Assembly: GCA_043228905.1 (NCBI GenBank)
Contig: JBHGNT010000002.1
Coordinates: forward strand, 26,226,001 to 26,290,000
DNA from: Azolla caroliniana
Taxonomy: Eukaryota > Plantae > Polypodiophyta
Reading direction: 5' to 3'
Length of the DNA: 64,000 nucleotides
The notes under the pieces were generated by a model. That model saw only the letters and a list, made by a program, of their open reading frames with translations. It did no database searches and was not told the DNA's origin. This document shows positions 13,850-33,213 of the stretch, piece by piece. The number at the start of each line of letters is the position of its first letter. The stretch's first letter is position 1. The translations under genes were made by a program, and so were the position numbers.

Positions 13850-16218
13850 CGTGTGCACGTGTCTGTGTGTCTTCCGCAGGGAATGAGTAGTGAGAATCAG
13901 AGATTTGGTGTAAAAAATAGGTCCTAACAAAACCCAACAAAAAGAAGAAGAAGAAAAAGGATGGAGAAGGGGAAGTGTGTCTTTATGTATGTATGTAGAT
14001 GAGTAGTGAGAATTAGAGATTTGGTGTAAAAAAATAGATCTCGGACTCAGGGATCGTGAAATAATAATGCATATAGATAGCGTGATGGCCGTCAATGCTT
14101 CACACCGTAGTGTGAAACGTAAACTCGCCCTTTGACAGAGTTACAGAGGGAGGCTATGCCCAAAGTGTGCAATTGCGGAAGGCGTCTTCGATTTGTATAC
14201 ATACATACATACATACATACATACATACATGAGTGCCAAGAAGTAGTGTTGCATTTTTTTCAATTTTCCACTCCTTTGCCATCCTCATTCAACCTCATCT
14301 TGACCCTGAATGCATCTGCACATCATATCATCCTTGGGTAACTCGAGTAGTGTCGGCACATTCCATCTATTGGAGCATTGTGTGCATGTTGGGTGCCCAC
14401 GTAGAAGTAAGGATTTTGATTTTTCTTTTTATTTGCCTTTTTACATTTTCTTGCTAAGGTCATGCACTTGGATTCTCTTTACTTTAGCCATGTTCCTATG
14501 AAGTGTGATTGAATCCTCGAGTTTTATGGGTTTCACCCGAACTTTGAGGAACATCGCCATGTATTATGTGAATGTCAATGTGAGAATAACTTTACTTAGT
14601 TTCTTGATTCATTCCATCAAGAAAGGTGTAAAATCATTCTCTAAACCTCGCCCACCCTATGTCTCTTATCCCTTAAGTTTGTTGAGATTGCAGTAAGATT
14701 TGAAAGTATGATAGCTTGCTCGCTTAGGTTTTAAAGGACTCTTTATTGGCATGTACATTGGTGTGTAATGATGTGAAGGAATTCACAAATATCGCCTTTT
14801 GTAAATGAGTGTAAATGAGGTATGGGTACACATATGGGTCATTATATTTTGTCTACCATGTATTGGTTTTCCCTAGTTGTGGACAAATAGCTTGCTCTCT
14901 TTATAGACAAACTCAACATTGCTAAGTAAATGTTGAAGATCGTTGAAACTTTGACATCTTGAACTAAAATCATAACATTGTTTGTGGGATGAGCAACATA
15001 ACAAATATTTGCATGAGGTTTTACTCCAATTGTTGTTCAATTTGTGTACGTATCAAAAAATCTATTGAATGGTCTACGTATAAGCCGTCTTAAATTAGAG
15101 TTTGCCATTTAATCATACCTCATGATACCACATAAAGTTGCATTGCCATGTAGGTAATATTTCACACATATTATTAGGGTAATTATAAATGCTTAATATG
15201 ACCAATCTTCACTTGCCTAATTTCCAAACGCTTCTTCCCATAAAGGGAGATGGTTTTCTTGGTTAAGCTCCATAGGAGGTTTAGGGTTTGTCACCTAAAC
15301 CCATACTCTTCTTCTAGGGGGAGATGCATTTCAGCTCAAGTTGTGTGTCTCCTATTTATGAATTATGTTCTAAAGGGAGAGATGATGATGATATCACTAC
15401 TAAAACCACACCACGTGGGATACATAAGACAAATCAATCAATATACAACTCTCCCCCAAGTTGTATAAGGATACAAATATATAGCAAAAGAGATGTGGAT
15501 CCACCAATGACAAAAAACCTTGATTCTATGCAACACTGAATGTGATATAGCATTACATATTAAGAGTGTGCGAGGAGCTCAAGGCTAGCTAGAGCTTACA
15601 CAAAATGTTCACTCAAAAGTGTTTTAGCAATATCTTTTGTCCCTCGTCATACAAAATTTGGGTTTAAATAGCTAACAATTTCGCAGATGATGAGCTCTTG
15701 GCAATCAAGGGGATATCCACTACTTTCATATAAAATTTAAACACCCAAAAGGAAAATTTTGACAAAAATATGCTACGTGTAGCATATGAACAAATTTGAA
15801 TTTAGACCAATTGAATTAAGCCCATACCACTAAACTACCAATAATTGGTAGGCAACCTATGAACCAACAAAGATGATAAAAAAAACTGTGATTCAAAGGT
15901 GTAAACCTTGACACTTTTCCCTTGACCCGGTTAATATCAACCAGGTTACAATAATACACAATAACAATCTACCAATCGAACACATTTCTTTTTACTATAT
16001 GTAGTTCTAAGGTTACAATTACAAATAGATTTATTTTCCTTGACCCCTTTATGTACAACCACGTTAGTGGTAAAACAATAATGTATCCTAGCATATGCAA
16101 GAGTACTTTTCTTATCTATATCATATGTTCATCTTTTACTAGTACTGCGCAATGCTTGATAATTTTGGCCAATGACAAGCCATGGATAGAGCCCACTAAG
16201 AATGCATATTTATCTCAA

Positions 16219-21832
<5,614 letters not shown>

Positions 21833-21841
21833 TCTTACGGA

Positions 21842-21850
21842 AAACCCTAA
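21842..21850 (+). promoter_or_regulatory. Telo-box (AAACCCTAA) just upstream of the TLC start codon
   Basis: Exact motif 10 bp upstream of the ATG. Telo-boxes are common near plant transcription starts; function here is inferred. Confidence 0.4.
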
Positions 21851-22116
21851 TCTATCTAATCTTTGTTGTTGTTTTTTTTTATCTCTCTTTCTGGTGGTAT
21901 CTCTTGCTCAGTCTTTCTCCTTCTAAAAAAAAAAAAGTGCTATGGGGGAGACAGATGATTGATTATAAGCTTTAATTCCAAAACTAGCTCTATAGTTTTT
22001 TAGAATAAACATGAAGGCATATAATATGTATATGTGATAGTTTTGTTGGTGTATGTCACATGGCCCTGGCCCTCCTGTTGGAACCATCTTTTGTTGTGAT
22101 ATATAAATAAATAAAT

Positions 22117-22152
<36 letters not shown>

Positions 22153-24206
22153 TAGATAGATAGATAGGGTGGGGGCTCGAAAGGGCCCCAGGTCGTCAAC
22201 TCACACACTCGTTGTTTCGTCCGTTTCACACTGGCCGGTAGGTCGCCCCCATCACAGCAATCAAAATATCTGTATCGAGCCTGTTCTTGTTGGTCCGTTG
22301 GGAGCTCCGCGTGTGCTGATTGTTCGGCCCTTTGTGATTAGCTTTTGAAAAAAAACCATGCACTCTCGATCTTCGCTCCTGTACCACTTTATGAATAAGT
22401 CGATACTTTAAAAAACAAATATCATCTGCCTCAAAGAGTGACGATTTGTGCTTTTGCATGCTTGCTTGTTTTTGCGGCTCATGTGCATGCTAATACAATA
22501 CGTTTCTTGTTGTTTTGGTTAGAGATTATGTTGTGTACTACTTTGCCTAAATATAGTCATTGATTTGTTATGCGTAGTGGAAAGTAGAAATAACAAATCT
22601 CTTGAAGACATTGCCTCAATTAGTTTTTTTATGGGGTTTTCATGGCTTGTTCTATTCTTTGTGCTCAAACTTTGATGTCACGCTAAAGCATTGGATGTGA
22701 AAACAAAGAAAGTGGGACTAAAAAACATCCTTCCCACATTGATGTGGTGGCATGTATATATAAAGCACATAATTCGTGAACCTTTTTCAGTTTCTTGTAT
22801 GCGGCGTTGGTAGTTCAACATTATGATGGATAGTTGAGATTGAGTACCCACATGAAAATCCATTGGACCCATGCCAAGAGATTTGACACTAAACAAACAA
22901 TGAGGAAGAGTGTATAATCTAGGACAAGCATGAAACCTTTTTAGGTAGCGAACATGGTGTGCGTTTATTTCGTGAGAATGCTCGTATTACTTTTATAAAC
23001 ATAATTCATCTTGTAAAGAGCATTTTCAACAATGCTAGGATCGCCAATTTCCCTATTAACTACATGTGACTATTCTCCTTCTTTGACCATTCAAATGATG
23101 TGACTTTTCAAATATTTAGATATTAACTTTGTAGGATTACCGTGATTAGGGACTAATTAGGATTCCACGATAATATTTGCTCGCATATATTAACATCTGA
23201 TAGTATACATTGTGATCAATTACATTTATTTTATTAGTGAGTGACATTGATGCACATCCAAAGTTGTAGTTTGTGGCAACATCAACATGGACACTATTTC
23301 ATGTCATCTGAGATTTTTTCAAAAGTCACGTAGAGTCATAACAATCATGAAAGTGGAACCATGGGTTTTACCCTTGTTTCCAACTTATTGTTGACACCAC
23401 ATACATGCATACAGATAGTGTCTTGTAGTTTTTGGATGATCACTTATCCTAAACTACAAGATACATCCTTACATTGTTCAATGACCATGTATTTGCCAAA
23501 CAACTAGCAATGCAACCTTGACTATTGTTCGCATTGGACAAATTCTTTGCCTTTCTGTCTCGTTCTACAAATCGAGGAGTATGTTAGGAGGTAAGAAACA
23601 CGAGGACTCTCTCATTTTTGGAGTTTTGTGAAAACATAGGGTTATGTTTTTCATCGAACGTCCATAAATTGTACTGAATTGTAAAAAATGTAGTTTACCA
23701 AGAACTTCAACATCTAGGAGTAGTTCGAAGAACAAGGAGGGGGTGTTTTAGGAGATCGAGAATGAAAAGGGTATCCATGGGGTTTTGTGAAAATTGAGGA
23801 GGTTTGCTCTCTTCAAATGTCCCCTAAAGAAATACATAGCAAAAGGTGGGAATTGACTAACAAAAAGAGTGAGCAAAAGGCAGGTCAGGTGCCTTCTTCT
23901 TCTTCTTCTTCTTCTTCTTTTTGCTTCTCAAGAAACATCGAAGGAAGAGGGGTATATTTAGAGAATCTGAAACGTTACGGGTGTTTTCTTTCGAGATGCT
24001 TTGAGAATTGTTGGTTTGGGAGGGGGAACTCCATCCATTGATTAACACATCCAGACCCCCCCTCCCCCCCACCTCTTAAAAAAAAAAAACAAAAGAAGAA
24101 GGCTTCACATTCTTTTATTATTATTATTATCGTAATTAGCTAACTTTCTTACCTCTTCTCTATTACAATGTATATATATATATATCTTATTTCACTAGAT
24201 GCCATT

Positions 24207-24280
24207 GTGGAATAGGGGGTTGAACCCATGACCACTTGGTCTCCATTGGGCAACCTTACCAACTGAGCTACATCCATCTA
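24207..24280 (-). mobile_element. tRNA-derived SINE (or tRNA pseudogene) upstream of ZTP29
   Basis: Minus strand GGATGTAGCTCAGTTGGTAAGG...GGTCATGGGTTCAACCCCC carries Pol III A and B boxes at tRNA spacing, but the anticodon and acceptor stems do not pair well. Confidence 0.65.
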
Positions 24281-24638
24281 GGCAGGCTTCGCGTTCTTCT
24301 ACTTACTCTCAATTGCGTCTTCTTCTGCTTCTGTTTCTTCTTCGAGTTGAGTCTCGAGAAGAGAGGAGTGGTAGGATTGAGAGTTGGGGGGGGGGGGGGG
24401 GGTATATATGAAGAATTTGGGAAAACTGACACGAGGGGCATGTTTATAAATAAGTTAAATTGCAGGGTTATCTCTGGTAAAAATATCTACACATTTTACG
24501 TCTAAATACATTCTGAAGATAGAAGAAGAAGAAGAAAATGATGATGATGCCATACACTACTGTATACAGTACACACATTTTCCTTTTCACCTGGCTTTCT
24601 TCTCTGCACACAGTTTGCTACGTTTGCAGGCTCCAGCC

Positions 24639-27600
24639 ATGAATTCTCAGGTCCTAATCGCCCTCTCTCTGTCCCTGATCGGAGGTCTCAGTACATCTGC
24701 AGGTTGCAAGCAAACAAACAAACTAACAAATGAACGAATAAACAAACAAACAAGCATTAAATATATAAATATGTTGTTGTCTTTCTTTCTTTCATCTCTG
24801 ATAGAAAATTGCATTTTCTCATCGTCTTTTGTGCAGGTGCTCTTCTTGTTGTCTTGCGGCCCTCTCCAAATCTTAGCAAGCTAGGACTTTTGCAGGTGTT
24901 AGTTACTATTGCTGCTGTTTTCTTATTATAATCATAGAAATTATGCAAACTCTCCAATTAAATTTTTAGCTATTTCCCCAAATTCCGTCTACCCGCCTAC
25001 CCCCAAGAATTATATGTGCTGTTTGAGAAAAAATTCTAGTTCATATGTTGACATTTATACAACGCATGCTCAATTCATCCCCCTTTCCTGGCTTTATAGC
25101 AACCTAAATTCTATTCTTTGTGGATGCGATGTTCTCTTTTTCGTTATTTATTCTTTGCAAAGAAACAATGCGTACAGGCATATTCATAGATGGTATGTGT
25201 GGTATATGCTAATAACTAGAATCAAAAGGAGCATTGAATGTAGAGTAGCTTACGTTGTCCTCGGCACATCTGGCTGAAAGTAGATATTCCATTATGCAAC
25301 TTTGCGTCCCGGTTGCCATTGGTATTCGTGTAGATGGATAGTGTGACATGATACTATCTTTTATTAAAGGAAACGGACATTGCTCAACTACAATTGTCAC
25401 TCATAGTGGGAGCATTGGCCATTAATCATGCACAATCAGCCATAATTGGATGTCAGGTACAAAACCTCCTGTTAGTTGCTGTATATAGGAACCATTTCTC
25501 AATAGATATGACCATTTGGTAACAATTCATGGACTGGGCGCCAAAGTCATCACCATGGCAATCTTGGTCTAATTGTTATGGATGAATCAAGAGTAATTCA
25601 TATCTCACAAGTATGTTACCATTTCAAGAGGTTGAAAATGGCTTGCCATGCACAATCGTTTTACAGCACGTTTTGTATAATGGCAGGGATGAATAAAGAT
25701 ATTTCAGGAGGTTAAATCTGAAGTAGGGTAGAAGTTAATTGAGATAAACTTTGCAACCCAGATTGGATTAAAGTCTTCCTATTGCTAGGGTGATAGAAAT
25801 TATTTTGAAGAAATGAGCTTGGAAATAAAAATTGTTGATAAATAGCCAAGGATTGTAGATAAAGACGAACCTCAATTGGGGGAGTATATTAACAATTGAA
25901 TGGGCTTTGAATTCAGAAATAACGAATTTGATTAATTGGTAAAGATTTAAAGGTCATACCTCATTCTAGCTCTACGCATTGGCTTAAAAGTCTGCTGCCT
26001 GCCTATAGGTCCCTCCTCCTCTCCACAATAGGCATAAGAATAGGAGTTAGATGTGGCAAAATAAACAATAGCAAAAAGTCAGATTAGTATATGGAGTGCT
26101 TGGCTTTTGCACTGTTCATTTGTCTAAAAGATCCAAGAATAAGAACTCCAAACTGATTCCTATGGTTCAGTGACCATTAACATAATTATTATTAAAGGTT
26201 CAATGATCATTAAAATTCCATTATTCAAAGCATACACTGAGGTTTGTTATGTAGATGCATACACACACGCATGTAAATATGTATGTTATTTGCGATTGCA
26301 ACTAATTCCATGCCATTCATAGGGTTTTGCAGGTGGGCTGATGCTTTGCATTTCATTTATGGATCTTGCCCACAATGCAATAAATGCAGTCGGTTTTTAC
26401 AAGGCTAACCTTTGGGTGAGCTTGTGAAAATTTTGCAAAATATTAATTCCACTGACTGCAATAGAAAGTTTGACATTGAAATGCTGCAGTTTTTTGGAGG
26501 TGTTATTGCCTTTGCCATAATTGTCACCTTCATTCCAGAACCAAATGTTGTGCCCAGTGTTACCTCCAAACAGGCTCAGGTGGCTATTTGACAATGACTA
26601 AACCTATTGATATAATAAAGAAGCTTGTTTATAATACAATCACATTATAATCTTGCTCGCAGGAAAAGAAGGATGATGACTTTTCTTCTAAAACAGATTT
26701 AACGAAAAAGAGAAGGAAAGAAGTGCTTTTTAGTGGAATTATTACAGCCATTGGTAGAATGATACTCAATATCTTTCCATTTTTTCCTTGAAGCATTGTA
26801 TTGTCTTTTTGCATAATTCAGGCTTCGATCATAAATTTGGGTTTTACAGCAGGGAACTTGGTGAAACTCTTTATAAAGTAGCTCACATTCTAGCTTGCGC
26901 ACAGAGTCGGGGAGACCATTTGCAAAATATAGGCTTTGTAAAGGCACTGATGGCATACTGTGATCGGTTGGAGACTTTGAGTTAATCCAAAGTCATTGCT
27001 TTAATTTCTGTCACTGTTACCTTGAACAATAGAAACGAAATCCTTGAGCAGATCATTAGAGGGATATTATACTTATTAATGGTTCATCGGATGTAAGAAG
27101 TGCTCAAAGAGCTGCCATTCAATGTCCTGATGTGTGAACTAGTTTCATAGCAACCTCGAGCTATATTGACTGTCCTTCAAAAACGTTCTGAGCTATTTGT
27201 GCACTTTATTGTCAATAACATATCATTTGTAAAACTAATTAAGGTTCATAAAGAACCTAAAATGGTTCCTAATCTATCTTCTTTGAAAGTCCCAACAAAT
27301 AATTTGTGGAATGATGTCTTTTCAAATGCACTGATAATTCAATATAAACCTGGGATATTTTCTGAACATTCTAAGTTGTGCTTTTATTTCTAAATTCATG
27401 AAGAGACCCATTGAAAAACATTGTTTTAATGGAAAGTTTTGTGGAATATAGGTAGTTCTGCTGGTAGAAACATACAAAAAGAAATGAGATGACGTGCTGA
27501 CCAATTTTTATTATCTATATCAATTGTAGTATGTTTAGTCTGCTGACTGTGCTCATTAATGTTGGTTATGTTTAAATGATTTCTAAATTAATATACACCT

Positions 27601-30600
27601 AGACTTGTAAGTGTAATTAGGTTTTAAGGAAATGCATTGTGTGATAGCATGCCAATTTCTCATTTATGCATTTAATCAATGCTTTTCCATGTCAGGTATC
27701 AGTCTACATAATTTTCCAGAGGGCATAGCTGTCTTCCTTGGGTCGTTAAAGGTAACTTTCATATTTCAAGTCTCTTGATTAATGTTATCTTTTCCTGAAC
27801 ATTGCGTTTCTGCAGGGTTTACATGTGGGAATCAACTTGGCATTGGCAATAGCACTTCATAATATTCCAGAGGTACAATTGTGTATGGATGCATGTGTGG
27901 AGAGAGAGAGACGAAGAAAGTTAAATTATTGTGCACTGACAAATCAAGTACAGTCATATCCCTTATACTCCATTTTCAGGCCAGTACTGCAAAATCATAA
28001 AATAGCGACTAATTATAACCAGGGGAAAGCCATAAAGAACATCATAAAACTTTGGGTTTAGGGAATTCTTCAATTGTTTGGAGGAAAACCCTCTAGCAAG
28101 TCCCTCTGAACATGATGTATAGTAGAGAGTTGGGAAGTGAGGGCATCGAGGGGTGTGATTGGATCTAGATTGTAGAGTCCACGTTGGTCATATTGACTAT
28201 AAGTTTCTCTTAGTTCCAGGTAAATGGGATGATTGTGTGTAGGACAAGGTTGTTGATGATGGAGAAGGTAGTTGTGATGGCGTGTTGAGCGCAATGGTTA
28301 TGGAAAGAGAAGTGTAATCAGCCTGATTGTGTGGGTATGATGGTGAATGCTTTGGTGGTTTGGTTGGCTTCCTTTGTCCGGAGGATATAATCAACTGTTC
28401 TCCCACCGCTTCCTAGTGTGAAACATGTAATGCCACTAGAATCTGGTCATGAGTTCATGCAGTTGTCGATAAGTAGGTTGTATTGAGACCCAAGCTCTAA
28501 TAGATGTTTTCCATATCCCATCATGTCTGGTTCTGAGTCGGCTGTGTTCCTGCATGTTCCAGAGTCCTCCAAAATTACAGGTATCGCGTTGTATATTTGC
28601 ATTTTGATGTTGAATTCTCGATGAGGAATACTTCACCTAGCCTTGAGTACTGCATAATGCTCCCCAACAAGACATTGTAGGGTGATTCAATTTCTTTGTG
28701 TCTATCAGCTCCTTGATTGTCATCGTTTACTTCTCCATATTTTGATCCCTTGGGAGGGAAGTAATATAACACAATAAATAAGACTGGTGTCTCTGAGAGC
28801 TCGAGTCAGATCCACATGTATCTATCTGGTCTCTGCATCCCTTTCCACTACCTGCGTGCATGGATGTAAGGCTCGTTGGAAGAGACTTGTGATCCTGCCT
28901 GACCCTTGTGCTGTACTTTGTGTAATGATATGTCTGTCTGCATACTCCCATTGGAAATCCTCAACTTAGGGTAGACTTCTCTCTGGTCTTTGTTGTATCT
29001 TCTTCAAATGTACTCTGTACCGACTTTGATGTTGTCAAGTTTAGGCTGCACTATGTAGGATAGAGGAAACTGGGAGAAGACCTTAAATAAAAAGGAAACA
29101 AAAAATTAGCCCTCACATATAGAGTAATATCAGTAATGCTCATTGAATTTTCAGTAGTATCAAAGTATGGCCTTGGTAAAAAAGTTTCCCATAAAGTATG
29201 TCTTGACTAAACTTAAACACTTAACGATGTTTGTTCCTCCTTGAATTCAAAGATCAATTAACAATCGCAATCAAATAGTAAGCATTCTATTCACAATAAT
29301 TGTTCAGCATCCTATTTGGATTGTGAAGCAACTTATTTGGATGGGGTGTTTGGATAAAAATATTAATCAGAAATATGGTATTCAAAAGATTATCCTTATT
29401 AGATTGCCTGTTTCAATCACAATAATATTAATCATAAAGAAAAAGAAAACAATCAAATCATTGGCAGTATTATTGTATAAACGTGAGCAATTGACACCCA
29501 TGGTTTATTGAAAGAAGGGTACCATCACTCATTAATTTCAACTTCTGCCACATTTTCTATCATATGCAACACAGGGTATTGCTGTAGCTTTGCCTGTCTA
29601 CTATGCCACAGAAAGGTATAATCAGTAACTGTTTTGGAACATTCATACAAAGCAAAACCAAAAATAAGATTATTGATCATTTCCTTTTCCAGCAAGTGGC
29701 AAGCGTTCAAATATGCCTCTCTATCAGGTTTCGCAGAACCAGTTGGGGTGATACTAGTAGGTAAAGAAATAAGTTAAGGGTACCTATAACTATAAAATAT
29801 AAAATATATTAGATGATAACACAATTATTGGTATATCAGTAAAGGATTTGTGTTTCAATTGTAAGATTGTGGTCGCAAGTCTTGTACAATTGAGTTTGAT
29901 ACAGTGTTCATGATAATAATTATTCACAATGGGTTTAATTTAGGATGGGCTTAAAAATAATTTGGGTTCACAACATTTACATTACCATTTTTTCCACACA
30001 ACAGGAATGAAAAGTGTAGCATTGCCCTTCAAAAGGCAATGCTAGAAAATGAAGCTTAATAGTCAAAGAAATGTAGTTATCCATTAAAGAAATTAAGTTA
30101 AGCAGTGCTGGAATTTATGTTGTAACCTTTTCTGAGATCGAAATTGATGCAGAGATCTTGTTAATTCTTTGATAGCTTACTTGTTTCCAAGCAGCATAAG
30201 TACTGAGATCTTGGAAGGACTCCTAGGTGCAGGTGTGTGGGCATTCTGCTAATCTTAATCATGGGTTTGAAATTGGATTACTTTCATAACACAAATAATT
30301 TATATCCTTTCCTTTTTTGGTAGTTGGGGGAGTTATGGCTTTCTTAACTCTCCATGAAATGCTTCCATTAGCATTTGAATATGCCGGCCATCGTAAAGCT
30401 GTTGCTGCTGTCTTTGTTGGCATGGCTGTAATGTCTACCAGGTTAGTTTCATATCTCAGAGTGAACTGTTTTCTACACTATGTCATAAACATCATATTTT
30501 TGGTTCATTGGTTCATTCTTGATAGACTTTTACTTTTGCTTTTATTTTGAACTTTTTACTATGCTGCAAAGACACGCCCTACCAGTGCTACAATAGAGCA

Positions 30601-30842
30601 TTGGGCTTTACATGGATTGGAGATACTTATTTTATTTATTCTCTTGCACTTGCATCAATTTTAAAGATCATCTTTAATTTTTTAAGTTGAAGCTCTTTTA
30701 ATGAGATTACCTGTCAAAATAAGTTCAACAAATTTTAGATTTAATGTGTTCAATTTATGTTCTCATTCATCCTAACAAATAGTTTTCCTTCCACAGCCTC
30801 CATATCTTGCAAATGACAATTCCAGAGGATGTAAGTATTTAA
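24639..30842 (+). CDS. ZTP29: ZIP-family (GufA/ZupT-type) zinc transporter ZTP29, 12 exons
   Basis: MNSQVLIALSLSLIGGLSTSAG / ALLVV..KLGLLQ / GFAGGLMLCISFMDLAHNAI / FFGGV / RKEVLFSGIITAIG / ISLHNFPEGIAVFLGS / GLHVGINLALAIALHNIPE / GIAVALPVYYAT / KWQAFK..SGFAEPVGV / EILEGLLG / VGGVMAFLTLHEMLPLAFEYAG / LHILQMTIPEDVSI*. Both metal-binding motifs (HNFPEG, HNIPEG) are intact. Confidence 0.93.
28290..29050 (-). mobile_element. LINE apurinic-endonuclease domain remnant in ZTP29 intron 7
   Basis: Minus frames read YYFPPKGSKY..ESPY..YSRLGEVFL and YGKHLLELGSQYNLLI..PDSSGITCFTLGSGGRTVDYIL, typical RTE-like endonuclease motifs. Interrupted by stops and frameshifts. Confidence 0.7.
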
Positions 30843-32924
30843 AGTTGATTGGTCAGACTCTCAATGCGACAATTTTGTAGCTTCCATAGTGTATGTGAGT
30901 ACACTTAGCTTGTATTATATACAGACATTGGTTCCAAATGTACGCTCAGTGGATGGTCCTAAAATATTTGATGTGCACATGAAGAAAGATTAAAGCTTGA
31001 AAAGTCTTATTGACTGGATGTATCAAACCTTATGTGACATTGCAAGTGCATCCCAACTAAAGTTTAGTGCATGTCTCTTGTAGATTAATAAAATAGCCCT
31101 AAGCACAAGAGGGGTTTAGCACGCCATTCTAGACCTCAATTAATCTGATGTTAATGCATTAAATACTTTATGCCATTTGATTTTAGGTGATGGTGATAAT
31201 TCTTTATTTTGCTATATGGTTACTTTACAATATACATTAACTGAATGGATAGGTCGATTTGATTAGTGTTTATATGAAAACCAAGGTAACATTGTTGGGA
31301 TATATTCTAATGCACTCGTGATTCATACAAATATCTCACTGCGAGACTAAGATATTACATTGTGAAGATATACCAACAAAGAAGGTTGGAATGAGCCTCG
31401 TGTATCAATTGAGGGGATAGCAACTTACATGGAAGTTCAAGCTTCTCAAATTTGCACTAGCCTTGATAGTTCAAGCTTTTTAAATTTGCACTAGGGTTAA
31501 TATGCCACATATATCATTTGAAACCATAACAACGGGCATGGAAAGTTAAGCCTCTTAAATTTGTAAATAGGGTAAGAAAGGGAAAACAAGCTGCAAGGAG
31601 ATTCATACTTACAAGAGTTATCAATTATGTGGATTGGTACTCTTTTGGTTCTGTGTTAGTGTTGACATCTATGTTTTTCCTTTGTGGATACAGATTTTAG
31701 ATCCTACATAAAATGCAAGAACACACCACCAATACACATCATTCATATAAATGAACCATTTACATTAGCACTCCATCCATGAAAACTTTGGCTTTGTGAT
31801 GGTAGTATTAGATATATTTAAAGTTGAAGCTAATTGCGTAATCCATTTGTGTGTTGTGGAGGATATGGGATAGTAAAATTCAGGAACTTGCAATTTATGA
31901 AGGTGTCATTTATTAGATACTTGATATTATGTCTAGGAAAATGGGCTATTAGATCCTTGCTTATAGATTTACTAAGTTATAAAGATGACCATCAACCATA
32001 TGTTCTTAATATGGAAATTTTCTCGACAATAAGAGAAATAATTTTGATGGTCAAATTGTTGAGGGCAAATGATGCATGTCATCGGAGGATGCATTAATAC
32101 ATTGATCATGTGCTAAAATATTGTGATATAGAATGTAGACAAAGTTTCAACATGTTTAGCATCAATCAATCTTCGTCCTACATATAGCTCCTCTTTAAGT
32201 TCTTGAAATAAGCATCAGGGTCTCATGCCTTAGAGATGCTTTTATAATCGTAAGGTCATGATGTTCAAAAAGCCCATTAGAACTAAACATTTCAAAAATG
32301 TTAGATTAAATTAAGAGTGTATATGCCCTAGTTTTAATGGTATTGGATATATGTGCTCATAAACTATAGATTTCCAATAATGAGGCGATGCTAATCAATC
32401 TTCCAAAGAAAAGGCTTGACCAAATGTTCCTCATTCTTTGATATGCTTGAAATAATCGTATCTATTTACAAGCCCCCTATCCTTATGTCCTGGTACTCAC
32501 GATTTCATTCATCGTTCATGAGAGGTGTACAATATCAAAAGGGTGGCAAACTCTTGACATCAAGGCCATTGTTGCGGAACCACGTACTTCATCATGTGTG
32601 AATGGTATGGTCCATCCTTTTAGCATGTCTCGTTGTTGCTGGTGGCTTTCCATGGTTCAAATTTTCGTACGGGTGAATTCTTTGCGGAAACTAGGGAAAG
32701 ACGAAGAGGTAAGTTGAGGGGCATTGTGATGGACCCAGACCCAAGACTATGTATTTATTATAAATACATACATTGTGTATGTGTATATATCTATCTATCT
32801 ATCTATCTATCTATATAGATACTATAGATAGATAGATAGATATAGCCAGGAATTTAGTGAGGAATTTAGTTTGGAGGATGAAGGGCTACATTCGTAAATT
32901 GTAAGTAAAATGAGGGACAGTATC

Positions 32925-32970
<46 letters not shown>

Positions 32971-33213
32971 GCAAGAAACAAACATTTCAGCCTACCAAGA
33001 TTCTCTCTCTCTCTCTGCAGCACGAGGTTCTCTTTCAAGGTCAGTGATCATCAATTCTAATCTCACATGCTTGTGATTCTTCACATACATTTGTATATTT
33101 GAATTGGCAGAAAAAACGATCACCAAGCTTATATTTCGCCACATGAATATTTTTTCTTTTTGCTTCCAGGTAATTCCTTTTTGTTTTTTCTCCTTCATCT
33201 TTGCTGCTAAATC

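Noticed and set aside
24207-24280. Functional tRNA gene
   Set aside because: A and B boxes are present but the anticodon and acceptor stems pair poorly and the T-loop is irregular; a SINE or pseudogene fits better.
30825-30842. Consensus donor GAT|GTAAGT just before the ZTP29 stop, implying a further exon
   Set aside because: Read-through gives DVSI*, which matches the expected C-terminal length as I recall it, and I found no downstream coding exon. It cannot be excluded without RNA data.
32785-32845. Palindrome upstream of DNAAF11
   Set aside because: It is only head-to-head (TATC)n/(GATA)n microsatellites.
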